A stretch of 18,452 bases of DNA, taken from the NCBI GenBank assembly GCA_963729045.1, contig CAVSMN010000003.1:1-18452 (forward strand). The letters run 5' to 3'. Under the pieces are notes generated by a model, which worked only from the letters and a program-made list of their open reading frames with translations, was not told the DNA's origin and did not search any database. A program made the translations under genes and the position numbers. Shown here piece after piece: positions 1-8,951 of the stretch (positions within the stretch are counted from its first letter, which is position 1; every line of letters begins with the position of its first letter). Origin of the DNA: an uncultured Nitrososphaeraceae archaeon. GTDB lineage: Archaea; Thermoproteota; Nitrososphaeria; Nitrososphaerales; Nitrososphaeraceae.

Positions 1-1
1 T

Positions 2-568
2 GATGATGATGATGATGATGATGATAACGATTTCTCTGATAAGGATGTAATTCAAATCTGTTGTGCATGGGGTTACGAATTAGCCGATGGTCTCTTAACG
101 TATTCGATAGAAACTGATGATAATGAAGATGATGATCTGAAGGATGCAGTAAGAAATGCAGTTGACTCTTGGAACGAGGGTTTGACTGGAATTACGTTGA
201 TTGAATCAGATGACAATGAAGATATCAAGATTTCTTTCAAAAATGATGGGAAAAGAATAGCTGGGAAAACTGTAAACTATTTTGACCAGTTTGGATTCAT
301 CAGACAATCTCATATAACAGTATCAGAAGAATCTTACGATCGTGATTTTAGTTCCTCACAAATCGAGCAAATCACATTGCATGAGCTGGGTCACGTACTT
401 GGTCTTGACCACGCCAACTTTAGAGGAAATCTAATGACTGAAAGAGTAGATATTGGAAGTCCGACTATCTCATCTTGTGAAATAGAAGCAGTACATATCG
501 CCAACGCCTGGAAGGTCAATGGCGGAGACACGATGTATATACCAAGAGAAAACTATATGGAATGTTAG
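2..568 (+). CDS. Matrixin-like (metzincin, M10-type) zinc metalloprotease, 5'-truncated by the window edge, with a poly-Asp tract
   Basis: The frame is open from position 2 (DDDDDDDDNDFSDKDVIQICCAWGYELADG...AVRNAVDSWNEG) into the tracked ORF at 182. It has the extended zinc motif HELGHVLGLDH followed by a Met-turn-like NLM. Confidence 0.85.
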   Translation, partial: DDDDDDDDNDFSDKDVIQICCAWGYELADGLLTYSIETDDNEDDDLKDAVRNAVDSWNEGLTGITLIESDDNEDIKISFKNDGKRIAGKTVNYFDQFGFIRQSHITVSEESYDRDFSSSQIEQITLHELGHVLGLDHANFRGNLMTERVDIGSPTISSCEIEAVHIANAWKVNGGDTMYIPRENYMEC

Positions 569-836
569 AAACAATAAAAAAACTATTAGTCTTAAAATAG
601 TCATTACAATTTTTTGGTCCAAATCAACTATCACAATTCAAGCTGGAAACTGAAAAAAGCGGAGGTAGTTTCATTTAAAAGTTATATCAGAAGGTTCTCA
701 AAGATAAATGCAGTTATTGCAAATATGAATAAATTATCTTATAAAAACTTTAAACAAATTTGCAAATATATCAAAAAGGAACAACTTTATTCTCTAGAAT
801 CAATGTATTTAATAATATCTTAAACTCAAGGTATTT

Positions 837-1031
837 GTGAATATTCTTCAAAAAAAATACAAGTGTGAAAAGGATGGAGAAAAATTTGATAATTATGAGA
901 AATTCATTGAGCATGGTAGAAAAGTGCATCATAAAGTAGTTTTAAAATGTAATAAATGTGGTAAACAGTTTATTAGTTCAAAGGACAGACTGCATCATGT
1001 TCAAGCACATTGTAAAGACAAAAAAGATTAA
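837..1031 (+). CDS. Small C2H2-type zinc finger protein (two fingers)
   Basis: CEKD-x12-H-x4-H (second Cys replaced by Asp) and CNKC-GKQF-x8-H-x3-H; GTG start. Confidence 0.75.
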   Translation: MNILQKKYKCEKDGEKFDNYEKFIEHGRKVHHKVVLKCNKCGKQFISSKDRLHHVQAHCKDKKD

Positions 1032-1199
1032 TACTTAGTAGATTTAACAGATTTTATTCTTTAATCCAATATTTTTTATTGTCAAAGATCACATTATGAC
1101 ATGAGGATTATTCGATAAAAGATTTCAATGGTTTAACCTCATAACTAAATAAAAATTAGGTATTTTTATATACATCAGATTCAAAATTACCTAAAAACC

Positions 1200-1206
1200 A
1201 AAAAAA
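1200..1206 (-). terminator. Oligo-T archaeal terminator of the large repeat gene
   Basis: T7 on the minus strand about 11 nt after the TAG at 1218-1220. Confidence 0.5.
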
Positions 1207-1217
1207 GAGGTTAATGA

Positions 1218-2841
1218 CTAGTTATCATCTTCATCGTCGTTTTGATGTCTGTCAGTCTCATCGTTTTGATGTCTGTCAGTCTCATCGTTTTGATGTCTGT
1301 CAGTCTCATCGTTTTGATGTCTGTCAGTCTCATCTTTTTCTTGTTTTGATGAATCTGTTTCTTGTCATCTCATGAATCTGTTTCTTGTTATCATCATGAA
1401 TCTGTTTCTTGTTATCATCATGAATCTGTATTCTTGTCATCCTCATGAATCTGTTTCTTGTCATCCTCATGAATCTGTTTCTTGTCATCCTCATGAATCT
1501 GTTTCTTGTCATCCTCATGGGTTAGATCATCTTTTTCACTGTAGCCACCTTGTTGACTGCGGCGTTACTTCCACTGTTTTGTTGGGTTTGAGTACTTAAA
1601 TTGTTGCCAGAATCTTCTATATTACTTCCTGCGACTACTAAGCTCCTTTGACCGGAGGATTGGGATTGTCCTATGCCTTGATTCTATAGAGTCGCCGCTA
1701 CCGCTACCTTTGCCACTGCCACCTTGTTGACCTGCGGCGTTACTTCCACTGTTTTGTTGGGTTTGAGGTACTTGTGTTGTTACAACTTCCGACATAAGCG
1801 TCGGCACCAGAAACACACAATGAATCTTGATTAGAGGATTGGGATTGTTGTATTTTTCCTTGATTTATATAGTAGCCGCCACCTTTGCCACTGCCACCTT
1901 GTTGACCTGCGGCGTTACTTCCACTGTTTTGTTGGGTTTGAGTACTTGTGTTGTTACAAGAGTTACCTATACTACCTCCTGCGACACACATTGCATTTTG
2001 GTTAGAGGATTGGGATTGTCCTATGCCTTGATCTACAGAGTTACCGCCACCTTTGCCACTGCCACCTTGTTGACCTGCGGCGTTACTTCCACTGTTTTGT
2101 TGGGTTTGAGTACTTGTGTTGTTACAAGAGTTACCTATACTACCTCCTGCGACACACATTGCATTTTGGTTAGAGGATTGGGATTGTCCTATGCCTTGAT
2201 CTGTAGAGTTACCGCCACCTTTGCCGCTGCCACCTTGTTGACCTGCGGCGTTACTTCCACTGTTTTGTTGGGTTTGAGTACTTGTGTTGTTACAAGAGTT
2301 ACCTATACTACCTCCTGCGACACACATTGCATTTTGGTTAGAGGATTGGGATTGTCCTATGCCTTGATCTATAGAGTTACCGCCACCTTTGCCATTGCCA
2401 CCACTACCGCTGCCACCTTGTTGACCTGCGGCGTTACTTCCACTGTTTTGTTGGGTTTGAGTATTTAAATTGTTGCAAGAATCTATCTATATTACCTCCT
2501 GCGACACACTAAGCTGCATTTTGACCGGAGGATTGGGATTGTCCTATGCCTTGATCTGTAGAGTTACCGCCACCTTTGCCACTGCCACCTGACTGACCGC
2601 TGCCACCTTGTTGAGCTGCGGCGTTACTTCCACTGTTTTGTTGGGTTTGGAAGTTTGCATTGAGACATGATATAAAAGTGTCAATTCCAGCCAAACAAAT
2701 TCCAAGCTGACTGACACTCTGAATTTGTCTTATAGATTGGGTAATTTCATTTTGCGCATATACATTACTTGGAGCAGCCATTAAAGCCGGAGCCAAAGTT
2801 AACATAATGAATATTGGTAATATAATTAAAGGATATTTCAT
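1218..2841 (-). CDS. Large secreted Q/N/S/G-rich repeat protein: signal peptide, 7 modules and a charged His/Asp repeat tail. Interrupted by several 1-nt indels and one TAG (assembly error or pseudogene)
   Basis: Manual reconstruction joins tracked ORFs 2509-2841, 1740-2327, 1622-1816 and 1330-1518. ATG at 2841, signal peptide ending NVYA|Q, modules such as NSTDQGIGQSQSSNQNAMCVAGGSIGNSCNNTSTQTQQNSGSNAAGQQ with GGSGKGGG linkers, then HEDDKKQI and probably HQNDETDR octapeptide repeats ending DDEDDN-TAG at 1218-1220. A T7 tract follows. The frame of the last tail segment is ambiguous. Confidence 0.75.
1239..1334. repeat. 24-bp tandem repeat x4 (gttttgatgtctgtcagtctcatc), encoding DETDRHQN on the minus strand
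   Basis: Four perfect copies starting at 1239, 1263, 1287 and 1311. Confidence 0.95.
1348..1519. repeat. 24-bp tandem repeat x7 (catgaatctgtttcttgtcatcct), encoding HEDDKKQI / HDDNKKQI on the minus strand
   Basis: Seven copies. Two carry the variant gttatcat, one has a 1-nt insertion (about 1430) and one a 1-nt deletion (about 1369). Confidence 0.95.
1550..2751 (-). repeat. Coding tandem repeat, core period 168 bp (56 aa), 7 units of which the outer ones are diverged
   Basis: The motif gcgacacacattgc recurs at 1981, 2149 and 2317 (period 168). The next copy at 2501 is offset by 184 (15-nt longer linker plus a 1-nt insertion). Confidence 0.95.
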
Positions 2842-2870
2842 TATAGTGATTTTTCTATTTTTATTTTTGT

Positions 2871-2878
2871 TATTTAAA
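2871..2878 (-). promoter_or_regulatory. Putative TATA box (TTTAAATA) of the large repeat gene
   Basis: About 30 nt upstream of the ATG at 2841; matches the archaeal TTTAWATA consensus. Confidence 0.5.
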
Positions 2879-3372
2879 CTTTATTCAAATTAACCACAAT
2901 AATGTTCAATAACAATCATTAGTAAAATTTTTCTAAAATTATCTTACCTAACATGATATACTAATTTGCTATTGATTTCTGCTGATTTGGTAATAGTTAT
3001 TGTTATTAGTATGCTTAAAAATTACGGTATGTTAAAAGTGCCTTATATCTACCATTCTTGGTTCAAGATTGCAAATATTATTGTTACTGTAGAAATCTAA
3101 CCATTTAATCCCAATATCATCGAAAAGATTAACTTTACCAGGAAGTATCCATATCAATTAGTAGTCATATTAAATATATAGTGATCGCTAAAAGACATCC
3201 AGTATGTAAGATTATCTAAAAATTCAAAATTTTGAAAATAGTGTAAAGTCATAAAATTTATACCTAATTCATAGTAAGCACATTGAATTTAGTTACAAGT
3301 TACTAAAGACAACTCTATCAATAAATCATGAAAAAATTTAAAAGATCTCTATGATCAAGTATACAGAATAAT

Positions 3373-3744
3373 ATGAAATACGTCATGAATTCAAAATTGC
3401 CTTTTATATTTTTGTTAGTGGCAGCTGCAATGGGGACATCATTTATTCTAGGTAATAATCATAACCCAGCGATAGCTCAAACATTTTCCGTGCCCAACCC
3501 TCAAACATATTCGATGGGTAACATTGGAAATGTTACAGGTGAGGAAAGTGATAGTTTTTTCCAGTTAGATGATGCAGTACAAACTACACAGTTATTGATC
3601 AATGAAACGCAGTCGGCGATTAGCAATAACAATATTACAGAAGCAGTGAATTTACTAAACCAAGCATACAATGAAACGGTTCAAATACAAAATAATGCTA
3701 ATAATTTGATATGGGACTCACCTGCATCAAATGAAGGTGCCTAG
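3373..3744 (+). CDS. Secreted hypothetical protein with a helical C-terminal half
   Basis: Hydrophobic signal peptide ending PAIA|Q; TTTAAAA upstream (about 3337) and T8 downstream (3769-3776). Confidence 0.7.
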   Translation: MKYVMNSKLPFIFLLVAAAMGTSFILGNNHNPAIAQTFSVPNPQTYSMGNIGNVTGEESDSFFQLDDAVQTTQLLINETQSAISNNNITEAVNLLNQAYNETVQIQNNANNLIWDSPASNEGA

Positions 3745-4324
3745 ATAATCCTAGGATCAAAAGCAATCTTTTTTTTGGTCTAGTTAATCCCAGATTTTAC
3801 TATTATTAATTTATAAGCAAAACGGTTTGGCTTTTTTGAATTAGAATTATCATGTTTTTTAGTTTTATACCCAAGTAGAGACAATAAACCTATATGCATT
3901 CATAATATTATCGGTAAATAGTAATCACTTTTGAATAGTCCCACAAAAATTCAGAAATTATTTTTTATTAATCACCTAACTATGGATACACAGGTTTTCT
4001 AGATGTTAACAGATAATTATCCAATGGATGCAAGGAGTAATATTATGAAGCGATAGAATAAAAACAATTTCTTGCTTTGAATTCCATTGATAATGCATTG
4101 TAGGGGGATATCAAAGCTTGTCTTTTCTCATCCACATATCTTGTGTAATAGAATATAACAAGATTAGTATCATAAATAATAATTTTAAAGTAGGACCAGT
4201 ATCTCATTCATTATTACAGCAAAATAAAATTCGCCAAATTGTCCAACAATTTAAGGTCTAAACGACCTCCAAGACTAAAGTTACCAAGAATTATGAACTC
4301 AAATAATAGGTCATTACAAATAAA

Positions 4325-4828
4325 TTAATTATCGCATAACTCCAGCATTCGTCTTGCTTGTTGAATCCCAGTAACAGGTATATTTTTTTCTTCAATGAGT
4401 CCTATTTGAACCAAAACTGAAGCCTGATCCCAGTATATATGTTCATGAGCAATTTTAGGTCCGGCAAATTTCATAATAACTACATGAGGTATCTCCACAT
4501 ATTTGCCTGTAGGTTCTATCCCCGGTAACATATATTCAATCTCTCTATCATGAGTAAAACTAATTATGATTTCATCTACTACCTGATCTTTACCTACCGT
4601 ACGTGATATAGGTTTTATTTTTATATCTTTTGGCATTTTTCCTATAAACCTATTTTTGTAAAAGCTATATACTGCATCATATCCAAATCCACCAGTCAAA
4701 GTCGGTACATGATGAACATATGGTTCATCAGTCATTGTAGTCATAGTTGCTTCAACATCCTCTTTTTTGAATTCATATTCTATATGTTTATCAAATATTT
4801 TACCTAGTTTTTCAGGCTCTTCAGCCAT
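4325..4828 (-). CDS. SnoaL-like / NTF2-fold (ester cyclase family) protein
   Basis: Motifs DVEATMTTMTDEPYVHHVPTLTGG, SRTVGKDQVVDE, FTHD...LPGIEPTGK.VE.P.VV and KIAHEHIYWDQASVLVQIGL are typical of this family. The ATG at 4828 (MAEEPEK) is preferred to the tracked TTG at 4888. Confidence 0.85.
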   Translation of the reverse strand: MAEEPEKLGKIFDKHIEYEFKKEDVEATMTTMTDEPYVHHVPTLTGGFGYDAVYSFYKNRFIGKMPKDIKIKPISRTVGKDQVVDEIIISFTHDREIEYMLPGIEPTGKYVEIPHVVIMKFAGPKIAHEHIYWDQASVLVQIGLIEEKNIPVTGIQQARRMLELCDN

Positions 4829-5187
4829 ACTAGTCAGAGGATTTTGTCGCTTAAAGATTTGTCTAATTGATGCGGATATCAAGACCAAGTTAAAGATTCT
4901 GTTATTTGAGATTAGTATATTTTATGATAGGTATACTCCCTTCCTGAAAACAGTAAAATCCTCATGAATTTGATGAATCTGATCTCATCAGCTACCTGAT
5001 CTAAAATGCTAAAATGGAATTTATTTTTAGCTATCTATCCTGGATATTTTGGGAAATTGAAATAATTGGTTTCCGGGAGGATAAATTTGAGAAAAATACA
5101 TGTTTAGAGAAAAATCTGATAATGCTAATCAAGCTATAGTATTAAATCAATGTTAAAACATCCTGACTTAATGTTTACATATGATAG

Positions 5188-5370
5188 ATGATAACCAATA
5201 CCATGACAATGTTTGCGTGTCCAAAATGTGGAGAATCATACATTGCTACACCCCCTGACTCGGATCACAAGAAGTCAACAAAATACCCTGACAGAGATAC
5301 AATTCCAACGAGTATTGAATGTAAAATGTGTGGAAATTTAAATACGATTTATTGGAAATCAGTTCAATAA
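5188..5370 (+). CDS. Small CPxCG-type zinc ribbon protein
   Basis: Two CxxC pairs, CPKCG and CKMCG; A/T-rich tract after the stop. Confidence 0.75.
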   Translation: MITNTMTMFACPKCGESYIATPPDSDHKKSTKYPDRDTIPTSIECKMCGNLNTIYWKSVQ

Positions 5371-5544
5371 TTTTTATTTATTCATGGTTCACTGATTTAC
5401 TTTACAGGTAACGCTATGAATACGTTAAATATCATACTGGAGAAACAATTGGATATTATATACATCCAAAATTTATTGAAAATGACAATTATTCGAAATT
5501 GAATTATTAACCCTTTTACAATTGAACCAATTTTTGGAGCAACA

Positions 5545-5675
5545 ATTGGTAAAGTAAATGCGAATGTCGCGCCTTTGTTCTCATCATTGTTTTTGGCCCA
5601 TATATTTCCTCCATGAGCTTCTACGATATTTTTGCAAATATAGAGTCCAAGACCAGTCCCTGAGGGAGAACTTCT
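5545..5675 (-). pseudogene. C-terminal fragment of a histidine kinase HATPase_c domain
   Basis: [25 protein letters not shown]...GATFAFTLP is the G2 box plus terminal strands. No N, G1 or H box upstream, and the homology degenerates after FTLP. Confidence 0.8.
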
Positions 5676-5928
5676 CATAGAGAATACCATGTTTGTCATT
5701 CTATTTATTAGCCATAACTGAATCGTTTCAAATAATGATAGTTATATAGCTATTGGGCTTAAGACAAATCAACCTGGTAACGTTTTCTTTGTGGTTCTTG
5801 AAGAATTCATTGACTGCTACGAAAAGTATCAAGATTTGGAGCAAAAATATATGGATCCTTTTTTGCAATCAAATAGTATTTCTAGCAATAAACTTTTGCA
5901 GTCATGCAATGAAAATATAATAAATTAC

Positions 5929-6270
5929 TCATTGGATTGACATATTATTCAAATGTACCTCTGTTATATTCATCAGTGCTTCTTCGACATCTTCATCCAC
6001 CGGAAATCCCATTTCATCTTCTAAGTTATTTATAGCCTCATCCCAATTTTCTCCACCATTTTGATTACCATCTTCTTTGTCCTCTTGTAATGCTTGAGAA
6101 AGGTTTGCTAGTGCGGAATCTTTGATACTGTCAGATAATCCAGTTGATTCTTGTTGCGGTGATGACGGTGATGTGGTTGCGTTTACAGTTGAAATAGTTG
6201 GGGACCCAATCAATAAACCTAAAACCCCAAGGGCACAAAACATAATTATAGAAAATCTTAATTCTTGCAT
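5929..6270 (-). CDS. Secreted acidic hypothetical protein
   Basis: Signal peptide (FSIIMFCALGVLGLLIG...TVNA|T); TATA box TTTATATA at 6294-6301. Confidence 0.7.
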   Translation of the reverse strand: MQELRFSIIMFCALGVLGLLIGSPTISTVNATTSPSSPQQESTGLSDSIKDSALANLSQALQEDKEDGNQNGGENWDEAINNLEDEMGFPVDEDVEEALMNITEVHLNNMSIQ

Positions 6271-6420
6271 CTTGGTTCAATTTATTCTATTGATATATAA
6301 ATATAGACAGTCACAAAATTGTTACAATTGGTAAAACAAATTAGATACTTGACTAACAAAAGAACAAACAATTAGATAGTTAGTTGAATCATATTTGATG
6401 TAGAACATAATCAGATAAAT

Positions 6421-6673
6421 TTAATCGTTACTGAACTTTTGAATTCTGTTGTTTTCATAACCTTCTATTCCTCCATTCCCGTTGGAATCCACTATAGAAC
6501 CTTAGGATTTGAAAACTGGTCATCATCACCTTCACCTCTAGAACCTCAACTTGCATAATAAGTAAAATTTAGATCATGAAGAAAAGCAGGAGATTGTATA
6601 TCATATCATAGAGTAATAAAAGAGGGCCAAAAATTGAAACACAAATAGCAGTGATAGTATTTACTTTCAACAA
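6421..6673 (-). pseudogene. Degraded secreted NHL-repeat (beta-propeller) protein gene
   Basis: Manual translation across frames: hydrophobic leader LKVNTITAICVSIFGPLLLL, then FTYYAS*GSRGEGDDDQFSNP / GSIVDSNGNGGIEGYENNRIQKFSND*. This matches the NHL consensus WGSxGxGDGQFxxPxGIxVDSxGNxYVxDxxNNRIQKF, with W changed to TGA and frameshifts. Confidence 0.75.
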
Positions 6674-7109
6674 GTAATCGTAAACCTTAATTTATCTAGA
6701 TATTGGATACACAAATAAACAAGAATATCTGTATTTGTGCAAAATTCAAACAAGGAAATTGAAAATTTAATATTTATATGAAATACAATCATGCTCACTA
6801 GTTCCAAAGCTTTTAAATAAGATAAAAAAGGATCAGGTATCTTTAAAATTATGATTTAATACTCTCAAAACATAGGGAAATTTTATCAAAAATAAAATTT
6901 AGGAAATTTTCCGTTTTGATCAACAATAATTACTTATCCTCATCTTGTATAGTTATAGAATCTAACTAGTACTCCGATCATATCATATGATATCCAGTAA
7001 TACCATACCCTAGCCTTTTCATAATGAGATATTTCAAGGTGCTGGATGGGGGAATTATGACGGTATTTCTTTTAAATATTAATTAATCCCCTCTGTACAT
7101 ACTAGATAA

Positions 7110-7694
7110 TTGATTAAATTATTAGGCATATCAGCTGCAATCATTTTCATTTTGAATGCGGTTTCAATAGGAGGGTATCATCAGGTTGGTTGGGAGATAT
7201 ATGCTCAAAGTAACTCAACGGTTGAGACTAAGAAGCAACCAGTAGTAGCAAACGCAACTCAAGGACAACAAGCTACTGTCATAGTAACCAAAATTGTTCG
7301 TTGCGATTCCTCTTTAGGTATTCCAAATGATGATTCCGTCTGTCAATTTGTGCTTGAAAATGTTGATGCAAGTCAGTTCGATTTAGTAGTAACAGGCAAT
7401 AATCCAAACATGACTAGTTTTCAAGGATCGGCTAATGGAACAAATATTTCTTTAGATCCAGGTGATTATACCATTTCAGAAACAGCATTTGATACCATGG
7501 ATATTGAAAATCAGCTAGGAGAAACAGCGATTGTAACTATTTTAACAGATTCTAATGGGGATTGCTCATCTCAATTTAACCAAGTAGACATGTTTCAAGA
7601 AGCAAATGGTACGATATCTGATAGTGAATTACAAAACTGTGAAATTATTAATACAATCGACGTGAGTCAAGGAGCCTCCCCAGAAGCACCGTAG
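7110..7694 (+). CDS. Secreted Cys-containing beta-sandwich (prealbumin/SpaA-like fold) protein
   Basis: Signal peptide ending EIYA|Q. The pattern VIVTKIV...FDLVVTGNNP...FQGS..GT.ISLDPGDYTISET...GDC...GTI....QNCEIIN resembles surface-protein beta-sandwich domains; four Cys. TTTAAATA at 7071-7078; TTG start. Confidence 0.65.
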   Translation: MIKLLGISAAIIFILNAVSIGGYHQVGWEIYAQSNSTVETKKQPVVANATQGQQATVIVTKIVRCDSSLGIPNDDSVCQFVLENVDASQFDLVVTGNNPNMTSFQGSANGTNISLDPGDYTISETAFDTMDIENQLGETAIVTILTDSNGDCSSQFNQVDMFQEANGTISDSELQNCEIINTIDVSQGASPEAP

Positions 7695-8097
7695 GTTCAG
7701 AATGAAAATCAACAATATGTAATATCTAGACGTGAAGGCTCAACTGCAAGAATTTAAAAAATAGATTCAATCCTTTATCTTTTTTTTTCTTAAAATTACA
7801 AAAAGTTTTAAAAGCTAAACATATCATCGTATTTTCCATTTGCGAAAATTTGAACTTACCCAGAAAAATTTTTTTATTAAATTTATTAAGGATTTAAATC
7901 CTAAACCCATGTTTTTAGCATAAACTAGTTAACCTGAAATAGACATGAACTAGAGCTAAAAAACCTTCCACAAAGGCTTAGAAGATTCAAATTCATGAAA
8001 ATCTTGTACCTTTGATTCAAATAGAGAAAAATTCAACAATCATTATTAATCATATTCTATATTTTTTCGCATATACCATTATAAGTGTCGGTCCAAT

Positions 8098-8736
8098 TTG
8101 ATTATGGTCATTTTGATCCTTGCCTTATCCGCAGTTTTAAATATGATGTTTGCCTTAGACGCAACATTTGTCCAAGACCATTCCGTGTACGCATATGATA
8201 CCCATTGCTTAAGGGATAATTCAACTGTCTCATTAGACCAATATATGAATCACTTAGTAACAGAATTGATAGATTATTCATCGTCGTCATCCACTAGAAA
8301 CGTAGATGAAGAAGAAGACTGTTCAAACCAGATCAGAAATACAAATATTGATTTAGACTTTTTTGCTAATGCTTTTTCTGGCAATGTTGAATTAAATGGT
8401 TTTATAGAGATATCTTTTTCAAAGATTTTCGACTCGCTTATCCGACCTTCATCGATTGTAATATTATTTTCAATCGTGGTTACTGGATTAGTTTTGAATT
8501 CTCTTAAAAAGTTAAAGAGAAGTACGAATAAGGCTAGAAAAGGGTTTTCTCAAGGGACACGAGAAAGAATTCTTAGAAAGCAAAATCATAGATGTGTTTA
8601 CTGTAGAAAGGTCTTAAAGGTCATAGATTATCATCACAAGAATGGCAATAGATCCGATAATAGAGAAAATAACTGTCAGGCACTTTGTCCGAATTGTCAT
8701 GCCATAAAAACTAGGAACAAATTAATCAAAAATTAG
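8098..8736 (+). CDS. Membrane-anchored HNH endonuclease domain protein
   Basis: N-terminal signal ending SVYA, internal TM segment SIVILFSIVVTGLVL followed by KKLKR, and a C-terminal HNH: CVYC...DYHHKNGNRSDN...NCQALCPNCHAIKT. Confidence 0.85.
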   Translation: MIMVILILALSAVLNMMFALDATFVQDHSVYAYDTHCLRDNSTVSLDQYMNHLVTELIDYSSSSSTRNVDEEEDCSNQIRNTNIDLDFFANAFSGNVELNGFIEISFSKIFDSLIRPSSIVILFSIVVTGLVLNSLKKLKRSTNKARKGFSQGTRERILRKQNHRCVYCRKVLKVIDYHHKNGNRSDNRENNCQALCPNCHAIKTRNKLIKN

Positions 8737-8951
8737 ACTCGTTTGTTTATCCAATCACCGTTATATTTGACAATGTTTAATGCCAGTTTATACCGGCAAA
8801 ATGATTGTTAGTTCAATAATAAACAGATAAAGTACAACAATGAAGTCCGTACCGATTACGGTGATATGGCATATTGGTTCAAATCCCTTCAAGCGATTGT
8901 TATTTGTGATAATGACGAAACTACGTCGGTGTAAAAAGCACTAAAGGAAAA

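Noticed and set aside
614..823. 69-aa ORF
   Set aside because: TTG start, very AT-rich, no motif; probably spurious.
1330..1518. ORF MRMTRNRF... as an independent gene
   Set aside because: Mostly the wrong frame of the 24-bp repeat; it switches in and out of the HEDDKKQI frame at the indels.
1239..1519. 24-bp repeats as a CRISPR array
   Set aside because: Units are head-to-tail with no spacers, have a length divisible by three, and no cas genes are present.
1827..2468. 213-aa plus-strand ORF (and 1372-1599)
   Set aside because: Antisense shadows of the repeat gene; they stay open only because the repeat unit lacks a stop in that frame.
2509..2511. In-frame TAG as pyrrolysine or programmed readthrough
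   Set aside because: It is an extra codon relative to other units, is followed within about 25 nt by a frameshift, and looks like a hybrid of two repeat variants. No pyl genes are in the window.
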